Made by a program: the position numbers and the translations under genes. The notes beneath the pieces were generated by a model that did not search any database, was not told the origin of the DNA, and saw only the letters and a list, made by a program, of their open reading frames with translations. Shown piece after piece: positions 14,635 through 26,209 of a stretch of DNA of 64,000 nt. This stretch comes from the human T2T-CHM13v2.0 reference genome, Homo sapiens: NCBI RefSeq assembly GCF_009914755.1, contig NC_060926.1, one strand, 5' to 3'. Numbering within the stretch: position 1 is the first letter of the stretch; every line of letters begins with the position of its first letter.

Positions 14635-14927
14635 AGGGAAAATTACCTATTTGCACTTCTTGATTTCCAGGAAGGTGTTAGAGATCTTCATCCCATCCTC
14701 AGCCCAAGTCTAGACGTGTTCACCGGAAAGGAAGAAGTTTTTGAGTTCTCAGCAGTAGCTGTGGCTCTAAGGAAAGCAGTGTTGTATGGGTATTAGAGTA
14801 GTACAACCAAAGCTCTGCTGGAACAAAAGAGGAACACAGAAAGCTAGGAATGACAAGTGTTTTTCTTCCCTCTCATATGATTCAGTCAGGCTGTCTTTGA
14901 CCTACATAGCCATCTGACTGGCCACTG

Positions 14928-15065
14928 TTTTCTTTTCTTTCTTTTCTTTTTTTAGAGATGGGATCTTGCTGTGTTGCCCAGGCTGGACTGAAACTCCTGG
15001 GTTCCAGTGATGCTCTCTCCTGAGCTTCCCGAGCAGCTGGGACCACAGGCATACACCACTGCACT
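14928..15065 (-). mobile_element. Alu monomer (FLAM-like)
   Basis: Diverged monomer with T-rich tail. Confidence 0.8.
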
Positions 15066-15875
15066 GCACTGCACTTGATTAGGTATATTTTAAAATGTAA
15101 AATAATAGTGAAAGGATTCTCCCTAGTCCCCATAAACCTGGGAATGGATCGAGGTGAGGACACCAAAACTTTCCCCTGAGACATGGAAATTGCACTGAAT
15201 GTTTCTTGATGGTTCTAATGCATTAAGAATTAAGAGCTCTTTGCCTAGATTACCCCCAAAATATTAAAAATAACAAAACAAAGTAGAACTAAGGAAAAAT
15301 ATAAGACACATAGAGAAAATGTTTTTCAAAAAATGTTATTTGACCTATGGCTAATTCTGATTTTAAAAGCAGTTAAACAAACGAAACACAACCTAGTGAT
15401 GCTTACGACTGAAGAAACCATTGATACCTGAAAGAAGGGAAGACTTTAGATATAAAGGCAGAGTGGAATTTTTTTAACCAACATTTCATGCAGCAGCTCC
15501 ACATGGCCTTCCCATGTCTCAATAGCTTTGATTTGTGGAAATAATGGTTATGCAATTTCCACATATTGTGCTCCAATCACAGCATGTAAGCAACAATAAA
15601 AAGAAAACAACTAAATGTACTTGAAGCTGGAGATTTTGATAAGGTTTTCTTTTCACTTCACAAAGTTTGTTAACTGGATATTTTTCTAAGGCAACTGAAA
15701 TATTCCTGCTGAGTTTCAGACAGATATATGTAAAAGCAGCAAAGTGTCTGATTTTCTTAAATGTATCTATGGCAGCAACACTAGTTAATTTAGTTGTGAA
15801 AAAATAACCAAAAAGAAACTATCGGACTATAAGAATTCCACAGTTGGCAGACTGTTGGTATTTCTCTTTCTCTTT

Positions 15876-15957
15876 AAATATATATATAAATATATCTATA
15901 AATATATATAAATATCTATAAATATATCTATAAATATATATATTAAATATATATATG
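15876..15957. repeat. AT-rich tandem repeat (tataaatatatc-like units)
   Basis: Directly visible. Confidence 0.9.
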
Positions 15958-16304
15958 CCATCTGTTTACAAAAGATGAGAAATGTTGGAGAAAATTATTT
16001 CCCTTAGGGTATAATGTTATGGCCATTCAGAGAGAGGTCTCTGGTATTTTCAAGGAGAATTTGGTACAAGAACAAGACAGCATCAGGTCTGCACAGTCAT
16101 TGGCTGCAAAAAACAAAGATGATTTCCTTTAGTCCCTGTTTTAGTTTTACTCTTTGAACTTCCAAGTTTATTTATTGTTATTATTTTTAATGTGGCACAG
16201 ATTGTTTTAAGAATCAACTTGGTTCCCTTTTTTGAAGTCCTTTTTTTTTTTTAATTTGTTGAGACTGGTTTCTAAAGTGCTCCACCTCCACCACCTGTCA
16301 TTAG

Positions 16305-16405
16305 ATGGGGGGCTGCGGCTTGGAGAACACTCACAGTTCTGAGTTCAGCTGTGGACGGAATAATGAAGGGCAGCTGCAGAAGGAGGTAGAGCTGCAGATT
16401 CAGAG
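16305..16405 (+). other. Candidate exon or first exon
   Basis: GC-richer island in AT-rich unique DNA ending in GAG|gtaggt; 5' boundary uncertain. Confidence 0.35.
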
Positions 16406-16528
16406 GTAGGTGGCAATACAGTATTTCAAAATAAAAACTACCAAGCTTCAGATCGGTGATAAATTGTCATGCACTAAGTGTACCTGGAGAAATAAAACTA
16501 ATCTCTATCCATTTTAATTCTCTCAGAA

Positions 16529-16640
16529 GGACTTTCCCTCTTACATATAAAATCCTGGGAATTTCCCCCTCCTCATCCAGTCATTTCTATGTGATTAATC
16601 ATACATTGGTTACTCGTCACTAGATGGCATTGTGCAATGT
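16529..16640. promoter_or_regulatory. Candidate enhancer/promoter motif cluster (NF-kB, C/EBP, CTCF-like)
   Basis: GGGAATTTCC 16557-16566; ggactttccc 16529-16538; cactagatggca 16618-16629; ATTGTGCAAT 16629-16638. Confidence 0.45.
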
Positions 16641-17395
16641 TTCTTGACAGCAGTAACTAAATTGGTAAAGTTACAGCTTGGGCTATTTTTTGGTATTTTC
16701 TTCTTTGGGATGGATCTAGAGGATCTAAATCTGATCCTGGATATGTCATCATTTTTATATGTTTTATGAGTATGGCTTTGTAAAATTTGTGTCTTCTTTG
16801 AGAGTCTTTTTCTTAGTATAACTTCCTAGTACATGAACCCAATAATTATCAGTCTTAAATGAACAATAAATAAATTCTTCCTCTAATTTTCCTCCAAGTC
16901 ACATGTACAAATGTTTACTTACATTTGCAGAAATAAAATAAAGCTCAACATATCTAGGATCTCTACCTAGGCATGAAGGTAGAAAAAAATATATATGGAA
17001 ATTTGCTTTATCTAAGCATGGCCAGTTGAAATCAAGCTGTGGATAAGCCATGAAGATAGAGTAATATAAAAAGATCAGTTAATGCTTTCATAAACCTGTG
17101 AAATTCACAAAGGAAATATAATAGCCATAAGTAAGTAAAACTGATATAAATGTGTTATGAATTAGTAGTCACAGTCTTGTACTTTTCCAGACATGACAAA
17201 TAATTGTGACCATTTTTATTTGTTGTGTTCCCATAAACCTTATGGTGCTGAAGAATAAATTCTAATTTCTGTGCTATCAATAAAATAGGACACATTTTCC
17301 CAAGTTATAATTATGACTTAGTGACCTGAGAATTTGTAAATAACAATGGATGATAAAATTAATTATTTGGAATGAAGCTAACAAGATAAATGACA

Positions 17396-17423
17396 GATAG
17401 ATAGATAGATAGATAGATAGATA
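17396..17423. repeat. (GATA)n STR
   Basis: About 7 units. Confidence 0.9.
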
Positions 17424-17798
17424 TGGTAGATAAATGCATAGCAGCTAATACAGCATTTGACATTCTGAAGTTATATAAAAACTATAATATTGATCTGCTG
17501 TTTTCATTTACTTATTTTAAAATCTGAAAAATTGTTTCTCTTTTTTAATTTGCCTTTTTATTTTAATTTCATTCATTTGTCCATTCAAAAACATTAACCA
17601 AACACCAGCTTTGGATCTGTTCAATACCAGAGATGCAAAGATAAGTAGGATACCAAATGTGCCCTCAAAAAGCCTTTAGTCTTTTATGTTAAGCATCCAT
17701 AAAGTAACTATCAGAATCATTCATGAAAGAAGGAGCAAGGGGGAATGAAAGAGGGAGATATGTAATGCAAAGAGTCTTAGAAAAGGAAACAAGATGCA

Positions 17799-17936
17799 GG
17801 CCGGGTGTGGTGGCTCACACCTGCAATCCCAGCACTTTAGGAGGCCGAGACAGGAGGATTGCTTGAGTCCAGGAGTTTGAAACCAGTGTGGGCAACATAG
17901 CGAGATCCTGTCTCAAAAAAAGAACAAAGCAAAAAA
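17799..17936 (+). mobile_element. Alu monomer (FLAM_C-like)
   Basis: TSD aagatgca. Confidence 0.85.
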
Positions 17937-18709
17937 GATGCATGGTTTATGGTCACAGCTCTAACAGTAACTCATGCTATAACCCTGGACCTCCCTCATT
18001 TTATGTTCAAATGAAATAATTTTATAGAAAAGTGCTTTGTAAACTGTAAAATGTTTTTAAAATACTAGTTTTTAAAGCTTTTTCATATAAGAAACCCACT
18101 TTTTTTTTAATAGAACTTTGATCCTTCAGGCCAATGCAGCTCCCTTTTAATTTTCTGTTTCAAAATTCCAGCTGCATACATAAAATCCATTAAATTTCCA
18201 ACTCATCTTGTAAAACAAAAATTGGACAGAAGCACCACAATCTTGGAGAGAGAAAAGGCAAAAGGCTAACCTAAATGCCCAGTGATCACATCAAACTCTA
18301 AAACACTGAGATGCTCTGATTGTCCCCTTTCCCCCTTCTACTCTGCTGATTCTTGCTCTTTCTCTTAGTTTCTGCAGGTGAGAAACGTAATTTCAAGTAA
18401 ATCTGTTACAATAAAACATGACAGATGAAAGACCCCCATTCTGGTCCTAGGCCATTACCTCTTCCACGCTTTGATGGTAGAAAAAAAACAAAAAGCGTTT
18501 GAATGGATTGCTAGATTAGGAGATTCAGTACAATATCATCTATTCTTAGACCGGTTTAATAGTTCTGCAAAATGCCTATTTTTCATTAAAGCCAGTCATA
18601 CTGTAATCTACAATAGATAAGTCAGAAAAAGTTTTATTTTCGGTATACAGACATCATTATGTAAGAAATAAGAAACTCAAATGTATTTAAGGCCACAAAG
18701 AAAGATACA

Positions 18710-18886
18710 TAGGTGGGGTGGGGGAGAGCATTAGGGAAAGAGCTAATGCATGCTGGGCCTAATACCTAGGTGATGGGTTGCTAGGTACAGCAAACCACCA
18801 TGGCACATGTTTACCTGTGTAACAAACCTGCACATCCTGCACAGGTACCTTGGAACTTAAAAAAATAAAATAAAATAAAAATAAAG
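18710..18886 (+). mobile_element. 5'-truncated L1PA 3' end
   Basis: gcaaaccaccatggcacatgtttacctgtgtaacaaacctgcac...aacttaaaa; TSD aaagaaagataca at 18697-18709 and 19241-19253. Confidence 0.9.
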
Positions 18887-18900
18887 AAATTATATATTTA

Positions 18901-19222
18901 TTTTATTTTATTTTATTTTTATTTATTATTATTATTATTTTTATTTTTTTGAGACGGAGTCTCGCTTTGTCGCCCAGGCTGGAGTGCAGTGGCACAATCT
19001 CAGCTCACTGCAACCTCCGCCTCCCGGGTTCACGCCATTCTCCTGCCTCATCCTCTCCAGGTAGCTGGGACTACAGGCGCCCGCCACCACGCCTGGCTAA
19101 TTTTTTTGTATTTTTAGTAGAGACGGGGTTTCACCATGGTCTTGATCTCCTGACTTCATGATCTGCCCGCCTCAGCCTCCCAAAGTGCTGGAATTACAAG
19201 CGTGAGCCACCGCGCCTGGCCA
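18901..19222 (-). mobile_element. Alu, AluYd-like, inside the L1 tail
   Basis: 12-nt left-arm deletion (caccatggtcttgatctcc); TSD aaattatatattta. Confidence 0.85.
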
Positions 19223-19539
19223 TAAATTATATATTTAAAAAAAAGAAAGATACAAAAAAAGGTGTCCTTGGTCAAGTACTTGACTGGATCTAAGTATGTG
19301 TAGAGAAGTGTTTTATCTTAATTTCCTGGTCCATTATGTCTTTTACTTTGTTACTGCATTAAGCTGTTTGTAGTATGATGACAGCTTACCAATAAAAAAA
19401 GATTTCTATTTTTTTAAGTTTTTAAAAATTTTTAAATTCAATTAAATTTTTTTTCACCCTGCCCATCCCTCAAAATTAACTTCTAATTAAGCATTTTGGC
19501 TAAAAATGTTTCCTCAATATATTAGAAAAACCTGGTTAT

Positions 19540-19761
19540 TCCTGGGCTCAAGCTCCTGGACTCAAGCAGTTCTCCCACCTCAGCCTCCTGAATAGCTTAG
19601 ACAACAGGCATGTGCTATCACATCTGTCTAATTTTTTTTTTTAAGAATGGGGGTCTCACTATGTTGCCCAGGTTGGTCTCAAACTCCTGGGCTCAAGGGA
19701 TCCTCCTGCCTTGGCCTCCCAAAAGTGCTGGGATCACAGGCCTGAGCCCCTGGGCCCAGCC
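19540..19761 (-). mobile_element. Partial Alu (J-like)
   Basis: Lacks the 3' part of the right arm. Confidence 0.85.
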
Positions 19762-19859
19762 TGAATGATTAGTTTCATCCTAGAATATTTGTTTACCTTC
19801 AGACATGGGCTATGAGAAATCTGGACGGTTAGAAATAAATGTTTAAAGACCAAGATACC

Positions 19860-19925
19860 GTATACATATGTAACTAACCTGCATGTTGTGCACATGTACC
19901 CTAAAACTTAAAGTATAAAAAAAAA
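19860..19925 (+). mobile_element. Very short L1PA 3' terminal insertion
   Basis: gtatacatatgtaactaacctgcatgttgtgcacatgtaccctaaaacttaaagtat plus A tail; perfect 15-bp TSD aaagaccaagatacc. Confidence 0.93.
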
Positions 19926-20959
19926 AAAGACCAAGATACCTATTTAATATATGATTTCTTTCCTGACTTTCCCTTCATTTTTCAGATTTATGACATTTTT
20001 GTCTTTATTTAAAATATCACTTCAAGCCAACAAGTATTATAAAAATGACATATTGGTATTTGTGCACAAAGAACCGAGGAAATGGAATTTTACTTTGCCA
20101 GTTTCAGAGACCATAGCACTCAAGCTTCTCATCATCAGTATGTTTGGATGAAAAGATAGTCTTTGTCATGAAAGTATATGCACCCACATTTAGCCATGGA
20201 CAAAACTTTCCTGGAAGGAAGCAGAGATTTTTTTTTTATTATTTTGGGAAAGTGTACTGAGGCATATCTCTAAAAATAAAATAGCACTTCATCAGTACTG
20301 GTCATTTTTTAGCCACATATGACAAATGATCACATATGCTCATAAAAATCTAAAAGGAACTGAATGTTGTTCTCTTCTGAAATGGCTAAGTATCTTTCCT
20401 TTAAACTGTATTTTAAAACAAAAACAAACTTTACCACTTTGATTGAAGAAAATGCAGGAAGCCATATGGTCCCACCCAAAGTTCCTGCATGCAAAATATC
20501 ATGGGGAGGAAGGTTCAAGGTGTTTTTAAGAACATAACTTTTATGTTTCTGCCCTTTAACAATGGCACTTCCTGTTTTGTCCTCTAACTATAATGAGGCT
20601 ATCAAGACAGATTATGGACTTCTCCTTTTTGCACAGTGAAGAGCGTGTATACACCATCTTACCACGTGTGTAGAATTCAAACTAAGTATTGCCATTACTC
20701 AATTCTCCTGAGGTCCAACAGGTTGATCTATGGTCTCTCAACAAGGGTTGGAATGTTCAGTAATTTACAGTTACCTAGTCATAAATCTGGTATTGAAGTC
20801 AATGGAATGTCCAGTATTCTTTATCTCAAATATACATGAAGCTACATGTTGCAACTAAATAGCCCCTGTGTTTTACTAGAAGCTGTTAACAACCCTTAAC
20901 AGATTAGGATTCAGTGATTGCCTCCTTGTAAGGCAATTATTTTTTCTTCTTTTTTCTTT

Positions 20960-21075
20960 CAAAAAAGAGAAAAAGAAAGGAAGAAAATAGGAAAAGAGGA
21001 TAAAATGAAGGAAAGAAGAAAGAAAGGAAGTGTGGAAGAGGGAGGAAAAATGAAGGAAGGAAAGAAAAATAGAGT
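20960..21075. repeat. GA-rich low complexity
   Basis: Polypurine tract. Confidence 0.8.
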
Positions 21076-21170
21076 AGAATGAGAAGATCATGACTTCAAG
21101 TGAGAAAGAAGCTACTTTCAATAATCAGAGTATCTGTTGCTTCCCAAAATCAGAAAAAATATGTTTTTAG

Positions 21171-21455
21171 GGCCAGGTGCAGTGACTCATGCCTGTGATC
21201 CCAGCACTTTGGAAGGCTAAGGCAGGCGGATCACTTGAGGCCAGGAGTTTGTGACCAACCTGGTCAATATGGTGAAACCCTGTCTCTACTAAAAATACAA
21301 AAATTAGCTGGGCGTAGTGGCACATGCCTCTAATCCCAGCTACTCCGGAAGCTGAGGCAGGAGAAGCACTTGAACCCAGGAGACAGAGGTTGCAGTGAGC
21401 CAAGAATGCGCCACTGCACTCCAGCCTGGTTGACAGTGAGATTCTGTCTCAAAAA

Positions 21456-21498
<43 letters not shown>

Positions 21499-21508
21499 AT
21501 ATAAATAA
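21171..21508 (+). mobile_element. Alu (S-like) with (AAAT)n tail
   Basis: Full dimer. Confidence 0.95.
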
Positions 21509-21934
21509 ATTTCTTCAGGCATTTCTTATTATAATTAATGGTTTATGTTTGGTCTTTAAAAAAAACAAGAAACGTACATGTTTTAGATGTAGATTCCAGA
21601 TTGTTACCCATACCAAATGATACTAAAACAATAACACATTTGCTAAAGCAAAAGATAAGAAAAACACCCACAAAAGATGCTATTGATGTAGCTAATGCAG
21701 TGGCAAAGTTGTTAAGACTGCTAATTCCTTTTGGAAATCTGTGCAACTTGATGAGCAGCTGCACAAAATATATTAGTGGGAGATCTGAGATAACCAACAA
21801 TAATTAGGAAAGTCCATTTTTAGCAGAATGCATTCTGGGGCAGAAATAAGTTTAAATGCAGATTTTCTGGCATAATAACTAAAGTGATTAGGTTTTCCTG
21901 ACTAATATTTCTATAAATTTACAAAACTGAAATC

Positions 21935-22183
21935 AGACCAGCCTGGGCAACATAGGGAGACCTCATCTCTACAGAAAAATTTAAAAATTAGCCAGGCCTG
22001 GTGGCATGAGCTTGTAGTCCCAGCTACTCAGGAGGCTGAGGCAGGAGGATTGCTTGAGCCCAGGAGGACAAGGCCCATGGGTCAAGTAACCCATGATTGT
22101 GCCATTGCGCTCTAGCATGGGCAGCAGAACAAGACCCCGTTTCAAAACAACAACAAACAACAAAAAAAGAAAAAAGAAAAAAA
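21935..22183 (+). mobile_element. 5'-truncated Alu (J-like)
   Basis: Flanking repeat ctgaaatca. Confidence 0.88.
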
Positions 22184-22298
22184 CCCTGAAATCACAATAA
22201 GCAATTGACAAAAAGCAATGTTTTCAGTAAACACTTTGTAAAATAATTGTGCTCTAAAAATTATAACCAGTACACGCTTTCTTTCATTCTTAAAGTTA

Positions 22299-24435
22299 TT
22301 TTTTTTCTTTTTTAGGCACCAAAATTTTTATTGACCCCCCCTCCTGCTTTCTTTTAACATTATAAATGTTATATAAACATTTTAAACCAAATTACTCTTT
22401 TTGACACAGGGTTGTGATAAGAACCATCCTGTTACAAAGTGGTGGTGGATCTACGCTTGCTTTTACTTTTTCTGGCCCCTCTCAACCTCTGGCTGTCGCT
22501 TCTCTGTCCTCTCTTGATTGTTCCTTAACAGTCTATGCTTATCTTTGTACAATACACACTAAAAGTACCAACCTCATTGTTACATAGTTTAAAAGAAGCC
22601 CCAGCACTAAACCAGGCTTTCAGGAACATTCCAACTCCAACAGTTCCTCCTTGCCCTTGGATATAGCTCCTTCTCAGCTGTCATGGACTTAGGAACCATT
22701 GAGCCTATAAACAAACACATGGGTATAACTCCATAGGCCTGGTGAAGGCCTAGATGGTAAAATGTATGGGTTTTGTGACCCCACTATCAACCTCCAGGCT
22801 AGTGAAGAACTGACTTAGTGAGCAGTTCCAAGACCACTGAGCTCATGGTTCCCTCTGGCTGTCTCCATTATACCTCCATCATAACCAGGGCTTCAGGAGG
22901 GGCCTCTGAATTCCCCCTGCCACATTTGTAACAGTATGAGGGATGCAGCAGAGTCCAAAAACTAAGTGACCAACTTCAGGGTGCCAATGGGGGACACTGA
23001 CAAACCAATCATAAAGTTGGTGCCATTTGCTCTTGGGCAGGAGAGGCGGGGTCCAGGGAAGCACAGCAGCTAGAAAGTAGAGGGAAGGCCTGGCTCTCAG
23101 TAGCAGTAGGGATCAGACTCGAAGGGGCTATCACGGGACATGCCCAGGTACAGGGCCTGCTTCTCAGTGAGCTTGGTCAGCTTCTCATTCAGCTTGCTCC
23201 AGTGGGCTTCAAGCACTGCTTCATCCAGCTTCTTGGGCCCAAAGTGAACCCTAATGGGGTACTTGTCTGGGTGAGTCCACAGCTCAATCTGTGCCATCAC
23301 CTGGTTGGTGAGGGAGTTACTCATCAAAGAGTTGGGGTGGCCCATAACACAACCCAGGTTGACCAGCCAGCCCTCAGCCAGCAGGATGATGCAGCACCCG
23401 TTCTTTAACCAGGAGCGGTCCACCTGGGCTTGATGTTCATCTTCCCGACAGCATTTTTGTTGAGCCACTCGACATCAATCTCCATGTCAAAGTGCCAGTG
23501 TTACCATGACGGCATCATCCTTCATCTGCTTAAAGTGCCAATCAAGGATGCTGTCATTACAGCCTGTGGTGGTGACAAAGATGTCCTCCTGACAGGCCTT
23601 GTCCATGGTTGTCACCTCATAGCTCTCCATGGCAGCCTGCAGTGCATTGATGGGGTCAATCTCGGTGACAATGACATGATCCACAAAACCCCTGAGGGCC
23701 TGGGCACAGTCCTTGCCCACATTGCCATAGCCCACTATCACTACTACCTTGCTGGCAGTCACCACCTCTGTGGCCTGCATGATGCCATCTGTGAGGGATG
23801 CTTGCTTGCTCTTGGTGACAGAGTCGTTCACATTGATGGCAGGCACCTTCAGGATCCCATTGGCCATCATCTTGTGTAAGTTGTGGACCCCAGTCAGGGT
23901 CTCTTGGGAGATGCCTCGATGCCCAACAGGAGCTGTGGGAACTTGGTGTGAATGAATGACATTGAGGGGCCCGTCCTTTTAGTTCACTGTGTGCTGGATG
24001 CACCACTGGTACTCCTCGTCTGTTTCTCCCTTCCAGGCATACACTGGAATGCCAGCCTTGGCAATGGCAGTGCCGCATGGTCCTGGGAGGAGAAGAGGTT
24101 GCAGGTGGACAACTGCCCCTCAGCACCCAGGGAGATGAGGGTCTCAATGAGGACGGCGGTCTCCACAGTCCATGTGCAGACAGCCAGCGATGCAGGTGCC
24201 TTTCAGTGGTTTGGAGGTTGAGTACAACTTCTACCTGCACATCAGGCCCAGCATCTCATCCTCTGCAATGTCTAGGGTCTTGTGTCCCCAGGCAGCCAGA
24301 TCCATATCAGTGACTTTGTAGGGCAGTTTGTCAGACATGCTGGAAGCACTTCTGCATAGAGTGGGGGACACAGGTGAAGGGGGCCGGGCCTCCGACTAGG
24401 GACAGACACAGCACAGGCTGTTCCGGGCAGAGCAG
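22299..24435 (-). pseudogene. AHCY: Processed pseudogene of adenosylhomocysteinase
   Basis: ATG at 24338 reads MSDKLPYKV...; fragments [56 protein letters not shown]; stop at 23097-23099. Intronless, premature TAG at 24231-24233, frameshifts and deletions. 3' UTR with AATAAA near 22327-22332 and an A-tail remnant at 22299-22313. Confidence 0.97.
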
Positions 24436-24562
24436 TTTAGGTTTATATATTATATAATTTCTCATAAGTAAACAGTTCATAAATTGATACTTTTGATTCA
24501 TTTTGAATATCAGGTCAGGGAATTAGGGATTAGATAAAAAATATGTATACGCATATATAAAT

Positions 24563-24731
24563 ATTTTTTTGAGACAGGGTCTGGCTCTATTGTCCAAGCA
24601 GGAGTGCAGTGGCACAATCTTGGCTCACTGCAGCCTTGACTCAAGCAATCCTCCTACCTCAGCCTCCCAAGTAGCTGGAACTACAGGCATGCCACCGCAC
24701 CCGGCTAGTTTTTGTATTTTTTGTAGAGGGT
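24563..24731 (-). mobile_element. Partial Alu (right arm)
   Basis: Alu right-arm sequence with an internal deletion. Confidence 0.85.
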
Positions 24732-24852
24732 TTACCAGAAGTAGATATATAATTTAAAAAAAATTTATAAGCTAAATATATAACGTGATCATGATAATTC
24801 ATTAAGTTCACAAGACACTCAGTGCCTAGATCAAATGAGCTTTAGAAATTAA

Positions 24853-24995
24853 GGCCAGGTGTGGTGGTTCACGACTGTAATCCTAGCACTTTGGGAGGCC
24901 ACGTCTGAGAGGATCACTTGAGTTCAGGAGTTCAAGACCAGCCTAGGCAACAGAGTGAGACCTCTTCTCTATTAATTTTAAAGAACAAAAAAATT
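24853..24995 (+). mobile_element. Alu monomer (FLAM-like)
   Basis: Left monomer plus A-rich tail. Confidence 0.85.
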
Positions 24996-25179
24996 AAAAT
25001 TAAAAAAGTTAATGTTTAAATTAATTTTTAACTGGATCTCAGCAAGTCCAGTTTTAGATGATGAGAGTTATTCTGTATTTTAATCATAGTACCACTCATT
25101 ACTTAATCTCCAGTAAGTCTGACCAATTTACTCCAATAAATTCATTTTCCTCTTTGTTAAATAGAGATAATAGCCCCTA

Positions 25180-25719
<540 letters not shown>

Positions 25720-25915
25720 TTAAGAACGCAATTTTCATACAGAAATGAAATGTTAGAATTCCAGCATCCTGCAGAATTACAGGACGTCTACAGGACACTG
25801 GAATTCTAACTTTATTCCTCAGTAATTCTTACTTACTTACAGTAGTTCTAATGTTATTCCTCAGTAATTCTTACTTAAGGTGTGTGTAGACTTGAAGAAT
25901 GACAAAGCCATCCTT

Positions 25916-26209
25916 GACTGTGTGCAGTAGCTCACGCCTGTAATCCCAGCACTTTGAGAGGCTGAGATGAGCAGATCACTTGAGGTCAGAAGTTTGGGAC
26001 CAGCCTGGCCAACATAGTGAAACCCTGTCTCTAGTAAAAATACAAAAATTAGCCGGGAGTGGTGGCATGGCCCTGTAGTCCCAGCTACTTGGGAGGCTGA
26101 GACAGGAGAATCGCTTGAATCTGGGAGGCGGAGGTTGCAAGTGGTGCCTCTGCACTTTAACCTGACCAACAGAGCGAGGCTCTGTCAAAATCAAAAAGAA
26201 AAAAGAAAA
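25916..26209 (+). mobile_element. Alu (S-like)
   Basis: Dimer with a small right-arm deletion. Confidence 0.92.

Noticed and set aside
16347-16376. SCGRNNEGQL resembles an RCC1 repeat motif
   Set aside because: Lacks the following Gly and any further repeat; too short to be significant.
21538-21807. Overlapping ORFs of 85-89 aa on both strands
   Set aside because: No homology recognised; lengths within chance expectation.
23097-24338. Functional AHCY retrogene
   Set aside because: Stop at codon 36, frameshifts and loss of catalytic segments.
22286-24445. TSD for the AHCY retrocopy (ttaaagttat vs ttaggtttat)
   Set aside because: Too degenerate and AT-rich to call.
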